Shown: in pieces, positions 1 through 11,047 of the stretch | Layout of the letters: the number at the start of each line of letters is the position of its first letter | How positions within the stretch are numbered: the stretch's first letter is position 1 | Assembly: GCA_965240325.2 (NCBI GenBank) | Contig: OZ251239.1 | Coordinates: forward strand, 1,426,001-1,490,000 | Length of the DNA: 64,000 nucleotides | Reading direction: 5' to 3' | Source of the DNA: Rebecca billardiae RCC1528 | Taxonomy: Eukaryota; Protista; Haptophyta | Translations under genes and position numbers: made by a program | The notes under the pieces: generated by a model | What the model was told of the DNA's origin: nothing | What the model saw: the letters and a program-made list of their open reading frames with translations, nothing else | The model's database searches: none

Positions 1-1419
1 CGCCGCCCGGCTGTGGCTGTGGGCCTCGGCGCCGTCGCGGCTGCTGCTCCGGTGGCTGTGCGGGTGGCCGTGCCGGTGCGTGCCGCCGCTCTGCGGCTCT
101 GGCGGCTCGGGCAGCCTGAGCTCGCCCGTCGCCGACCACCGCGTCGGCTGCGTCGCCTCGAGCGCCGCCGACTCGCTGGCCGGGTGTCTGGCGGGCGGCG
201 CGGTCGCGGCCGCGTGGTGCGCGTGGTGCGCGGCGCGCGGCGGGAGCGGCGGGAGGCGCTTCGCGCCCATGCCGATCACGCTGGCCTGCGCGAACACGTT
301 GTGCACCGAGTCGAACACGGGCGCGTCGCTCGCCACCGCGTGCAGCCGCCGCTCGAGCAGCAGGTGGCGCAGCGCCACGTCCAGAGGCCCCGCGGGGAGA
401 GTGCCGAGCAGGTCGAAGAGCGCCGGCACCCGGTCCGTGTGCACGAGCAGCGCGGCGGTGCCGAGCGCGAAGGGCACGCGCTCCATCTCGAGGCCCGGCC
501 AGCGCAGCGGGCTGCGCAGCGCGCCGCGCAGCTCCGCCGGCGTGTACAGCCGGCTGCCCGCCTGCAGCGCGGCGCCGCGCCCCTCGAAGAAGGCGAGCGT
601 CCTCGAGTGGTTGAGGTTGCGACGCCGGCTCGAGTCCACCTTGGCCACGTGCAGCAGGGCGGGCGGGTAGTCGGCGGCGAAGGCGCAGTACGCGGCGCGC
701 CAGCCGGGCACGGGCCGCGTGTCGTCCTCGAGCACGAGCACCACGCCCGTCTGCACCGCGCCCGAGCCCACGTGCTTCATCACGAGCCGCAGCGCGCGCA
801 GGTGCGACAGGTAGTTGGACAGCTTCATGTCGCACGCGCTCGCGCCGGTGGAGACGTTGCCGTGCGCGCCGAGGAGCGCGGCGCCCTCGTACGGGTTGAG
901 GTGGAGGCACTGCCCGCGCAGCACGCTCGCGCGCACGCAGCACTCCACGCCCACGCAGCCGCTCCCGCCGGACGACTCTGCGACCGCCGCCGAGCGCTCG
1001 CCCTCGCGCATCGCATCCGCGCACAGCTTGTGCTGCATGAGGGGCAGGAGCGGCAGCGGCACGCGCGTCGTGCCCGAGGGCGGCTCCGCGGGCTCGTCGG
1101 ACCGATCGCCAAGGCCCGCCCTCCGGATCGCGCGCCGCCACCCGCCGTGGGGCACCTCGACCGCGGGCACGCGCACCGGCCGGATGCCCGCGCGGATGAG
1201 CGCGTCTCGCGTCGCGAGATTGCGCTGCGGGTTGTCCCGGCGCGAGACGTAGTACGCCGTCAGCGGGTAGGGCACGCCGGACATGCACGTCCCGGGCGCG
1301 TCCTCGACGAACACGGACGGCGCCGTCAGCGCCCGCGCGCCCCAGGGCAGCGCCAGCAGCACGGCGAGCCGCCCGGCCGGCATCGTGCCGCCGACGACCA
1401 CCGGCGAGTTTTCGCTCAT
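1..1419 (-). CDS. Glycosyltransferase family 25-like protein, 3' end outside the window
   Basis: Manual translation from ATG 1419 (MSENSPVVVGGTMPAGRLAVLLALPWGARA...), apparently open to the left edge and so absent from the ORF track. GT25-type motifs: AYYVSRRDNPQR, NYLSHLRALR, VLVLEDD (EDD at 729-721), LGTAALLV. Confidence 0.6.
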   Translation of the reverse strand, partial: MSENSPVVVGGTMPAGRLAVLLALPWGARALTAPSVFVEDAPGTCMSGVPYPLTAYYVSRRDNPQRNLATRDALIRAGIRPVRVPAVEVPHGGWRRAIRRAGLGDRSDEPAEPPSGTTRVPLPLLPLMQHKLCADAMREGERSAAVAESSGGSGCVGVECCVRASVLRGQCLHLNPYEGAALLGAHGNVSTGASACDMKLSNYLSHLRALRLVMKHVGSGAVQTGVVLVLEDDTRPVPGWRAAYCAFAADYPPALLHVAKVDSSRRRNLNHSRTLAFFEGRGAALQAGSRLYTPAELRGALRSPLRWPGLEMERVPFALGTAALLVHTDRVPALFDLLGTLPAGPLDVALRHLLLERRLHAVASDAPVFDSVHNVFAQASVIGMGAKRLPPLPPRAAHHAHHAAATAPPARHPASESAALEATQPTRWSATGELRLPEPPEPQSGGTHRHGHPHSHRSSSRDGAEAHSHSRAA

Positions 1420-1599
1420 CACGCCACCAGGCCGCCAACAGTCGGGACGATTCGATTGTATTTGTAGTAGTAGGAAGCTAGTACAGACTGTACTATTGAA
1501 TAAGTATTGTAGCGACAGTGAAGCGAGACGGTGATGACTGATCTGAAGCAGCGCAGTAGTTGCGCGCACAAGTGTGCGCGGCGGCGGTGCCTTCCGGAC

Positions 1600-3207
1600 T
1601 CACTCCACCGCCCCTCCGCGGCGCAGCAAGGGCAGCAGTTGCTGGGAGATCGGCGAGGGCGTGGCCACTGCTGCGCCGTCCTCGCCGGACTCTGGGAGCT
1701 GCACGGTGACGACGCTCGCAGACGCTGGGACCGCGCCGCCGTGGCCGAGCGCTGCCGTGTGCAGACCGCACGAGTACACTGCGCCCTCGGCCGTCACGTA
1801 CAGCGCGTGCTCGGCACCGAGCGCGCACGAGACCACGCGCTCGTGCGAGAGGGCGTGCACGCACACCGGTGACGGTGTCATGAAACCGAACATGAACACA
1901 TCGCCGAGCCCCAGTTGCCCATAGCGGTTCAAGCCAAACGTGTGCACGCTGCCGTCCGCGCCAACCACCGCGCTGTCGAGGACGCCGGCGTACGCGCGCA
2001 CGGCACGCACGCCCGCGAGGGCCTTGATGCGCCTGGGCGTGTGCGCGTCCCGGTCGTCGCCGTGCCCGAGCTTCCCATGGTCCCCGTACCCGAAGGAGAG
2101 CACGCCGCCTTCCGAGTCCACCACCAGGCTGTGGTTGTAGCCTGCGCTCACGTGCACGGCACGCACGCCAGCGAGCGCCTCGATGTGCCTCGGCATGTGC
2201 AGATCCCGCTCGTCGCCGTGGCCGAGCGGGCCCGGGTAGCCTTTCCCGCACGAGTGCACGGCCCCACCGGTCGAAAGCAGCAGCGTGTGCTCGCCCCCTG
2301 CTGCCACCCCACCGAAGCGCACGCCGTCCAGCGCCTCGATGCGCGTCGGCTCCCACTGGTGCTCCGAAGTGTCGCCGTGGCCGAGCTGGCCGTACTCGTT
2401 CCGGCCCCAGCTGTACGCACAGCCCGCAGCGGTGAGCGCGAGGCTGTGCCCACCGTCGGTGGCAATGCATACGATGGCCTCGTCTAGCAGCGCGCCCACG
2501 AGCACAAACTCCCTTTGATCGTCGCCGCCGGCCAGCCCGAGCTGGCCACTGTCGTTGCAGCCGCAGCCGTACACGGTACCGGCCTCGCTCAGCGCGAGCA
2601 GGTAGTCACGGCCAGCGGCAACTGCGACCACGCGCACCTCGGACAGCGAGGCCACGCGCGTCGGCACGCGCACGGGCGGTGCAGCTGCATCGGTGCCATG
2701 GGCAATGACGGCGGGCGCGTAGCGCACTGCCATGTCGTCCCCCTCCACGTCCAAGTCCTCCTCCTCGCCGCACGTGTGCAGGCAGCCATCCACGTCCACA
2801 AACGCGCTGAAGTAGATATGCCAGCACCACGCAGTGCTGCCCGCGGCAACGACGCCCGAGTGCAGCGCGCTCACCTCGAGCACACGCTCGCGGGCCAGCA
2901 GCTCCTCCGTCCACGTGCACGAGCCAGTCGGCAGCGTCGCCGGCAGCGCGCGCTCGTGCCCACGCGCCCGCGCGCGCTCGCGCAGCACGCGCTCGACCGG
3001 CGAGCGTGCGCCCGGCGCACCGCGGAAGAGGCGAGAGGTGGCGTTGGCGGCGGCGAGGTCAGGTGCCCTGCCGAGATGGGACAGCATGCGCACGAGGAGA
3101 TCGAGGGGCAGGGCTGCGAGCATTGCGGGGGCCGGTGCCGACTCCGGCGCGGGTGCGCTGCTGCACTCCGCTCCGACCGGGCCTGCAAGCGAGGGATTTG
3201 CGTCCAT
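1600..3207 (-). CDS. F-box-like + RCC1-repeat protein, copy 1
   Basis: First ATG at 3207. N-terminal LAALPLDLLVRMLSHL...DLAAANATSRLFR is F-box-like. It is followed by RCC1 repeats (HSLALTAAGCAYSWGRNEYGQLGHGD, HSLVVDSEGGVLSFGYGDHGKLGHGD, etc.). Confidence 0.85.
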   Translation of the reverse strand: MDANPSLAGPVGAECSSAPAPESAPAPAMLAALPLDLLVRMLSHLGRAPDLAAANATSRLFRGAPGARSPVERVLRERARARGHERALPATLPTGSCTWTEELLARERVLEVSALHSGVVAAGSTAWCWHIYFSAFVDVDGCLHTCGEEEDLDVEGDDMAVRYAPAVIAHGTDAAAPPVRVPTRVASLSEVRVVAVAAGRDYLLALSEAGTVYGCGCNDSGQLGLAGGDDQREFVLVGALLDEAIVCIATDGGHSLALTAAGCAYSWGRNEYGQLGHGDTSEHQWEPTRIEALDGVRFGGVAAGGEHTLLLSTGGAVHSCGKGYPGPLGHGDERDLHMPRHIEALAGVRAVHVSAGYNHSLVVDSEGGVLSFGYGDHGKLGHGDDRDAHTPRRIKALAGVRAVRAYAGVLDSAVVGADGSVHTFGLNRYGQLGLGDVFMFGFMTPSPVCVHALSHERVVSCALGAEHALYVTAEGAVYSCGLHTAALGHGGAVPASASVVTVQLPESGEDGAAVATPSPISQQLLPLLRRGGAVE

Positions 3208-3697
3208 GGCGGCGCTGTCGTCCGTCCCCAACTTCACGACGACACACTCCTCCGCGCCGCGCGCGAGCTGCGCCCACTGCTGCGAGCCGACGATCGTCTG
3301 CTCTTGGTCACCACGCCGAGCGCACGCTGCGTCGCAGGTGATCGACGAAACGAACGAGCCGCGTTCTAATTTCAGAACGAACTTATCGTCGTTATCAAAT
3401 TAACGACGGGTAGCCGCCGTCCGTCCATTACGACCAGCTCCCGGTCAACTCGGGCCTCGTCATCTATTATGATGAGTAAGGTTTTTCAAACGAGCGCAAA
3501 GTGCTTCGCTATTGGTGGCACATGCGATGATTACTCATCAGACGATTATGATTATTATGATGGACCTCCAGCCCGCCCTTCTAAGAGGCGAGGCAAACCT
3601 CAACGCCGACTGAAGCTGAATCCAGTTCTTGTGACAGCACTTATTGAGTTCATGAACCTAATCTCGCCTGCTGCTGAGCTGTGTGCGTCTCATATAT

Positions 3698-4375
3698 TAA
3701 CGACGTGACGCTTGTCCGATGCTGCCACGTCGTTAAATATATTAACGACGTGGTATGCAACGGGCAGGCGTCAAAGTCAGCAAGCTGTAGCAGCAGATCG
3801 AGCAGCAGAGACAAACACCAGGATCAGCGCTCCTCGCCGTCGCCCCCCCCCCCTCGTAGTCGCCCATCACTCCATCGCCGAGCGGAAGCTCGACGCACCG
3901 TCTGGCGTCGACGCGCGCGCGCCACCGCGGTGGTCGCGGTGCCACGCGTCGTCAGCCGTCGTCTCGAAGTAGTCGTCGTATGCAGCGCCCCCGCGGGCGC
4001 GTGCCCCCGGGCGCACGTGCGCCATGCGCGCGCGGGCGATGAGCATCTTGGCCTGGCCACGCAGGCAGCGCATGCCCAGCTCGCGCCGCATGGTGCCGAG
4101 CAGCGCGCGCTCGGCGGCGGGGCGCGAGGGCGCGCTGAGGCGCGCGCGCCACGTGTCCCGCCCCATCTTGGCGATCTTCTTGAGGGTGAGGTCCACCTCC
4201 GCGCTCCACTCGCCGAACGCCCCCACGACAATCGGGACGATCGCGGGGAAGGTGTCGAGCCGCGCCTCGTATGGGCCCACCTGGCCCTCAAGCGTGCAGT
4301 AGACCTCGCGGTCGAGGAGCTGCAGCTGCTTGCGCCGCTCGCGCGGGACGAGTTCCGCGCGGTGGCGCACCGCAC
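3698..4375 (-). mobile_element. 5'-truncated non-LTR retrotransposon fragment (RLE-type C-terminus, CRE-like)
   Basis: ATG-less reading frame 3867-4370 contains GPYEARL...IVPIVVGAFGEWSAEVDLTLKKIAK...RRELGMRCLRGQAKML, resembling the end of a restriction-like endonuclease domain. The 12-bp direct repeat CGTCTCATATAT flanks it (3686-3697 and 4376-4387). Confidence 0.5.
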
Positions 4376-4658
4376 CGTCTCATATATATATATACATATT
4401 CTTAGCAGTAATAAACTAAACTGCTGTATTCGCTATATCGTCGCAAAATGCAAATCGCGCTGAATCCGGTGGGTTGATTGGAACAGTATTATTAGCGACG
4501 ACGCCTGTTGATGATGAACAGTCAGTCACGCGGGTCGTCCGCCGCTGATGAGTCCGCCGCTGATGAGTGATGATCGATGGTGCTGTGATGAGCAATCGAC
4601 GCGCGCGCGCGCCCAGTTTGCGCACGGTAGCGGAGTGCCGGGCTGTCGTCCCCAATCC

Positions 4659-6257
4659 TCACTCCACCGCTCCTCCACGACGCAGCAACCGCGGCATTTG
4701 CACGATCTGCGCGGGCTTAGACAGCGCGGCGCCGTCCTCGCCAGATTCTAGGAGCCAGGCCGGCACGGTGACGACGCTTGCAGACGCTGGGACCGCGCCG
4801 CCGTGGCCGAGCGCTGCCGTGTGCAGACCGCACGAGTACGCTGCGCCCTCAGCTGTCACGTACAGCGCGTGCTCGGCACCGAGCGCGCACGAGACCACGC
4901 GCTCGTGCGAGAGGGCGTGCACGCACACCGGTGTCAGCTCTCTGGACCTGTGGCCGAGCCCCAGCTGCCCATAGGCGTTGAAGCCAAACGTGTGCACGCT
5001 GCCGTCCGCGCCAACCACCGCGCTGTCGAGGACGCCGGCGTACGCGCGCACGGCACGCACGCCCGCGAGGGCCTCGATGCGCCTGGGCGTGTGCGCGACC
5101 CGGTCGTCGCCGTGCCCGAGCTTCCCATGGTCCCCGTGCCCGAAGGAGAACACGCCGCCCTCCGAGTCCACCACCAGGCTGTGGTGGTCGCCCGCGCTCA
5201 CGTGCACGGCGCGCACGCCAGCGAGCGCCTCGATGTGCCTCGGCGTGCGCTGATCTTGCTCGTCGCCATGGCCGAGCGGGCCCGGGTAGCCTTTCCCGCA
5301 CGAGTGCACGGCCCCGCTGGTTGAAAGTAGCAGCGTGTGCGCGCACCCTGCTGCCACCCCACCGAAGCGCACGCCGTCCGGCACCTCGATGCGCGTCGGC
5401 TCCCACCGGTGCTTCCAAGTGTCGCCGTGGCCGAGCTGGCCGTACTCGTTGCGGCCCCAGCTGTACGCACAGCCCGCAGCGGTGAGCGCGAGGCTGTGCT
5501 CATCGCCTGCGGCAATGCATACGATGGCTTCTTCCAGCAGCGCGCCCACGAGCACAAACTCCCTTTGATCGTCGCCGCCGCCCAGCCCCAGCTGGCCACT
5601 GTCGTTGCAGCCGCAGCCGTACACGGTACCAGCCTCGCTCAGCGCGAGCAGGTGGGCACTGCCGCCGGCCACTGCGACCACGCGCACCTCCGACAACGAG
5701 GCCACACGCGTCGGAACGCGCACGGGCGACGCAGCTGCATCGGTGCCTTGGGCAATGGCGGCGGGCGCGTAGTTCTCACCAGAGTAGTCCCGCTCCAAGT
5801 CCTTCTCGCCGCACGTGTGCAGGCAGCCATCCGCGTCCACAAACGCGCTGAAGTAGATGCGCGAGCACCACGCAGTGCTGCCCGCGGCGACGACGCCCGA
5901 GTGCAGCGCGCTCAGCTCGAGCACACGCTCGCGGGCCAGCAGCTCCTCCGTCCACGTGCACGAGCCAGTTGGCAGCGTCGCCGGCAGCGCGCGCTCGTGC
6001 CCACGCGCGTGCGCGCGCTCGCGCAGCACGCGCTCGACCGGCGAGCATGCGCCCGGCGCACCGCCGCGGAAGAGGCGCGAGGTGGCGTTAGCGGCAGCGA
6101 GGTCAGGTGCTCCGCCGAGATGGGACAGCATGCGCACGAGGAGGTCGAGGGGCAGGGCTGCGAGCACGGCGGGGGGCGATGACTCCGGCGCGGGTACGCT
6201 GCTGCACTCTGACTCCGCGGCCTCGACAGGGCCTCCAAGCGAGGGATTTGCTTCCAT
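4659..6257 (-). CDS. F-box-like + RCC1-repeat protein, copy 2
   Basis: First ATG at 6257 (MEANPSLGG). Colinear and highly similar to copy 1, including about 300 bp of upstream sequence. Confidence 0.85.
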   Translation of the reverse strand: MEANPSLGGPVEAAESECSSVPAPESSPPAVLAALPLDLLVRMLSHLGGAPDLAAANATSRLFRGGAPGACSPVERVLRERAHARGHERALPATLPTGSCTWTEELLARERVLELSALHSGVVAAGSTAWCSRIYFSAFVDADGCLHTCGEKDLERDYSGENYAPAAIAQGTDAAASPVRVPTRVASLSEVRVVAVAGGSAHLLALSEAGTVYGCGCNDSGQLGLGGGDDQREFVLVGALLEEAIVCIAAGDEHSLALTAAGCAYSWGRNEYGQLGHGDTWKHRWEPTRIEVPDGVRFGGVAAGCAHTLLLSTSGAVHSCGKGYPGPLGHGDEQDQRTPRHIEALAGVRAVHVSAGDHHSLVVDSEGGVFSFGHGDHGKLGHGDDRVAHTPRRIEALAGVRAVRAYAGVLDSAVVGADGSVHTFGFNAYGQLGLGHRSRELTPVCVHALSHERVVSCALGAEHALYVTAEGAAYSCGLHTAALGHGGAVPASASVVTVPAWLLESGEDGAALSKPAQIVQMPRLLRRGGAVE

Positions 6258-6862
6258 GGCGCTGCTCGTCCCCACCTTCGTAATCCGCTCCTCCGCGCCG
6301 CACGCGAGCTGCGCCCACGGCTGCGAGCCGCCGATCTGCTCTTGATCACCACGCGGAGCGCACGCTGCGTCGCCAGGCGTCGATCGACGAAAGACGAGCC
6401 GCGTTCTAATTCCAGAAATTGTCGTCGTTATTATCAAATTAACGACGGTTGGCTGCTTGTCCGGGACCTCGACCGGTCACTTCAGTGACATTATAAGGAT
6501 TTTTCATGAGCGCAAAGCGCTTCGCAATTGTTGGCACGGTTACTCATCAGATGAGTATGGCCTCCACCATGCGATATAGCGCGCTCAGTAGAATACTTTC
6601 ATGCGCTGACGACGATCTGAAGCAGAGCATCAAGGGCGTTCCCGGGATCGGATCCTGCCACACGCTCCCGAAAGCAATGCCCCCCCTGGGGGCCGGGGCA
6701 TTGCTACCGGACTGGCGCGGGCCGTAATCAAATGTACCCGCTTGAAATAGAGGACTCAGCGCCAATTTCAATAGGAACGCGGTTCGATTTGGCGTTTGAC
6801 CAGTGCGGGGAACGCCCCTGGCACGTAGCGCTCCCGCGCGCACCGCTGACCACGAGGATGTC

Positions 6863-7575
6863 CATACGACGGCCTCTCCCAGCAGCGCGCCCACGAGCAC
6901 AAACTCGCCCGTTCAATTTCGCGGCCGCGCAGCCCCAGCTCGCCGCGATCGTTGCAGCCGGAGCCGTACACGGTACCGGCCTCGCTCAGCGCGAGCAGGT
7001 GGTTACGGCCAGCGGCCACTGCGACCACGCGCACCTCCGACCGACAGCGAGGCCACGCGCGTCAGCACGTGGCCGCGCACGGGCGGTGCAGCTGCATCGG
7101 CACCATGGGCAATAGCGGTGGGCGCGTAGCGCGCTACTATGTCGTCCCCCTGCATGATGTGCTCCTTCTCGCCGCACGTGTGCAGGCAGCCATCCGCGTC
7201 CACAAACGCGCTGATGAGGTAGATATGCGGGCACCAGTCAGTGCTGCCCGCGGCGACGACGCACTGCGTGCAGCGCGCTCAGCTCGATCACACGCTCGCG
7301 GGCCAGCAGCTCCTGCGTCCACGTGCACGAGCCGGTCGGCAGCGTCGCTGGCAGCGCGCGCTCGTGCCCACGCGCCCGCGCGCGCTCGCGCAGCACGCGC
7401 TCCGGACCGGCGAGCATGCGCCCGGCGCACCGCGGAAGAGGCGCAAGGCGACGATGGCGGCGAGGAGGTCGAGGGGCAGGGCTGCGAGCACGGTGGGGGC
7501 CGGTGACTCCTGCGCGGGTGCGCTGCTGCACTCCGCCGCCTCGACAGGGCCTTCAACCGAGGGATTTGCTTCCAT
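6863..7575 (-). pseudogene. F-box/RCC1 copy 3, frameshifted and 3'-truncated
   Basis: Starts MEANPSVEGPVEAAEC at 7575. Homologous pieces fall in different frames (ORFs 7288-7737, 7238-7531, 7003-7203, 6768-7034), there is a deletion in the F-box, and homology stops near 6863 after FVLVGALL. Confidence 0.85.
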
Positions 7576-8106
7576 GGCGCTGCTCGTTCCCACCGAGTCA
7601 TGATCCGCTCCTCCGCGCCGCACGCGAGCTGCGCCCACGGCTGCGAGCCGCCGACCTGCCGTCCTGCGCTTGATCACCACGCGGAGCGCACGCTGCGTCG
7701 CCAGGCGCCGACGCAAGGGCGGTCTGGGCGACTCCATCTTATGCGTGCGAGCGCTGCTTGCGAGCCAGCATCAGCGCCCTAGCTGTGCGCGCTTTTCCGG
7801 ATATACTATGCGCTCCGGCTCGCTGTCTGCAGCATCGCCGGCGATCGACGACTTCCGGTAGCAGTTTAGGTCGCCGTGCGGTCCGGACCACCAGACTCTA
7901 GCCGGAGCGGCATAGTAGTCTGCTGAGTCCGACCGTTGAGAGCTGTAGTAATAATATAATTAAGACTGAGCGTCCGCCTCGTCATCGGACTAGTTACTGC
8001 ATCGGCACTCACGATGGCACGTTGACCGCAATAAGTTATTTATGACGATGATGAGTCTGATGAGACTGCTGATAATGCAGGCCCGCAGCCGGTGCATGCT
8101 ACTAAG

Positions 8107-8108
<2 letters not shown>

Positions 8109-8146
<38 letters not shown>

Positions 8147-8185
8147 ACTGACGCCACGTACTATACGGTCGTATAGCAGAGTATA

Positions 8186-8271
<86 letters not shown>
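8109..8271. repeat. (TA)n microsatellite with a short interruption at about 8144-8185
   Basis: Directly visible TA runs. Confidence 0.95.
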
Positions 8272-8274
<3 letters not shown>

Positions 8275-9869
8275 TAGCCGTCCTCGGAGCGCCTGCGCCA
8301 TCCAGATGCAGCGAGGAGGCGAGGCACACGCCGGGCAGGGCGGAGCCACGCGGCGAGAGACCAGACTCTATACATTGTATGGGATTTTTGTTCCTCGAAA
8401 CAAAGTGCGAGCGGCAGCCAGCGCTCGGACCGAGCGCGCGGCAGGACTGGCCGCTCAACGCCGACAGACGCGCGGTGTGAGATGGATACGCGCGGTGTGA
8501 GATGGACCGAGGAACAGATCGATGGCAGAGGGCGCACCGCGCCGACGCAGCGGCGAAAATGCCAGGCAACATCAAGCTGCCAACAGCAGGGGTGGGCGGG
8601 CGGGGCAGCTTGGACGACGCAGCTCGAGAGCCGCCAAGCCACACGACAGCGAGGCACGAAGGACATCGCGCACAGGGCGCCTCGAAGCTGCGGGCCGCCG
8701 GAAACAGCTGCAGCCATCAGGACAGTGGGCGCTTCCGACGGGTGCTCGCTGCGAGTGAGCGGGAGGCATGCAGCAGCGACGGTAACGGTTGGCTCGGCGC
8801 CTGATGAAAAACCCAGTTCACGAATTGGCCGTCCTGACCGCCATGCCAACCATGCCTAGTTAGCCTATGGCCCAGGAGCAGCGCAGTGAGTAGGTCGTTC
8901 TAGGCCGCCGTGCGTGCACACAGAGCACGGGCTCGAAAGTCCCTTGTGGCACGAGAAGAGGGTGGCCAAGATGGCAGCCGGACTTGAGCTCGGCCGCCTG
9001 GCTCAGGCTGAATGGCAGGCAGGTGTTGATACGGCGCATTGCGCTCCCACCGTCCTCTTAGACAATCAGTTATTGTGCCAATAACCCCACGTCTAGCCGT
9101 CCTCGGAGCGCCTGCGCCATCCAGATGCAGCGAGGAGGCGAGGCACACGCCGGGCAGGGCGGAGCCACGCGGCGAGAGACCAGACTCTATACATTGTATG
9201 GGATTTTTGTTCCTCGAAACAAAGTGCGAGCGGCAGCCAGCGCTCGGACCGAGCGCGCGGCAGGACTGGCCGCTCAACGCCGACAGACGCGCGGTGTGAG
9301 ATGGATCCCATTTGTGGTTGTACTGGTGGGTGGTCCGCGCGTCGGGGTTGGAGAGGAAATCCCATAAAGAAAGGCGGACGAAGTAGTGGGGAAGGCAACC
9401 AGGCGAGGACGAGACCGGTGGTGGATGCGGCCCACACGCCCAGGATCTGACCCAGCCAAAGCCAAGCAAGGTAGAGGCAGTTGTGCACGACTGCGTCATA
9501 ACGCCCAGAGCGACGAGTGCCAGTGGAGCGGGCGGGCGAGCCGGTAAACCAAACGCACGGAGCCGCGAGCGACCAGACGGCGGAGCGCGACCACAGGAGC
9601 CGCCATCGCGGGCCGTCGGCGTTTAGGAACCACCAAGCCCTTGTAGAGGCAGCTCGATGCGGGCGCCGGGGGAGGGGCGGGGAGCGGGGTGGAGGCGAAG
9701 CCACGCGAGAGCAGAGGGCGACGCGAGCGCGTGAAAGCAGCGCACGCATGCCGCTGGCTAGCGACCCCAGGGCTGCGCGCGCCGACCCGCTGGCCGGAGG
9801 GGGCCAATGGCAGCCAGCACGCGCGACCCGTGGGCGGCACGCGCCGATTGCGGGCCGTAAGGGGGGGCC

Positions 9870-11040
9870 GAGGACAGCCAGCACGCGCGACCCGAGGGCC
9901 GCGCACGCCGACCGCGGGCCGGAGGGTGGCCAAGGGACAGCCGGCACGCGCGACCCGAGGGCCGCGCGCGCCGACCGCGGGCCGGAGGGAGGCCAAGGGA
10001 CGGCCGGCACGCGCGACCCGAGGGCCGCGCGCGCCGACCGCGGGCCGGGGCCAAGGGACGGCAAGCACGCGCGACCCGAGGGCCGCGCGCGCCGACCGCG
10101 GGCCGGAGGGAGGCCAAGGGACGGCCGGCACGCGCGACCCGAGGGCCTCGCGCGCCGACCGCGGGCCGGAGGGTGGCCAAGGGACGGCCGGCACGCGCGA
10201 CCAGAGGGCCGCGCGCGCCGACCGCGGGCCGGAGGGTGGCCAAGGGACGGCCGGCACGCGCGACCCGAGGGCCGCGCGCGCCGACCGCGGGCCGGGGCCA
10301 AGGGACGGCCGGCACGCGCGACCCGAGGGCCGCGCGCGCCGACCGCGGGCCGGAGGGAGGCCAAGGGACGGCCGGCACGCGCGACCCGAGGGCCGCGCGC
10401 GCCGACCGCGGGCCGGAGGGTGGCCAAGGGACGGCCGGCACGCGCGACCCGAGGGCCTCGCGCGCCGACCGCGGGCCGGAGGGAGGCCAAGGGACGGCCG
10501 GCACGCGCGACCCGAGGGCCGCGCGCGCCGACCGCGGGCCGGAGGGTGGCCAAGGGACGGCCGGCACGCGCGACCCGAGGGCCGCGCGCGCCGACCGCGG
10601 GCCGGGGCCAAGGGACGGCCGGCACGCGCGACCCGAGGGCCGCGCGCGCCGACCGCGGGCCGGAGGGTGGCCAAGGGACGGCCGGCACGCGCGACCCGAG
10701 GGCCTCGCGCGCCGACCGCGGGCCGGAGGGAGGCCAAGGGACGGCCGGCACGCGCGACCCGAGGGCCGCGCGCGCCGACCGCGGGCCGGAGGGTGGCCAA
10801 GGGACGGCCGGCACGCGCGACCAGAGGGCCGCGCGCGCCGACCGCGGGCCGGAGGGAGGCCAAGGGACGGCCGGCACGCGCGACCAGAGGGCCGCGCGCG
10901 CCGACCGCGGGCCGGAGGGAGGCCAAGGGACGGCCGGCACGCGCGACCCGAGGGCCGCGCGCGCCGACCGCGGGCCGGAGGGTGGCCAAGGGACGGCCGG
11001 CACGCGCGACCCGAGGGCCGCGCGCGCCGACCGCGGGCCG
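9870..11040. repeat. 63-bp GC-rich minisatellite (58-bp variants), about 18-19 copies
   Basis: Unit GGCCAAGGGACGGCCGGCACGCGCGACCCGAGGGCCGCGCGCGCCGACCGCGGGCCGGAGGG(T/A) repeated head to tail. Confidence 0.95.
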
Positions 11041-11047
11041 AAGGTCG

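Noticed and set aside
13-1467. 484-aa + strand ORF and similar Arg/Ala-rich shadow ORFs throughout the window
   Set aside because: Antisense or off-frame shadows of GC3-biased genes on the other strand or frame.
8795-8945. Hammerhead ribozyme in repeat B (CTGATGA at 8801)
   Set aside because: No GAAA closing a stem II next to the box; the core cannot be assembled.
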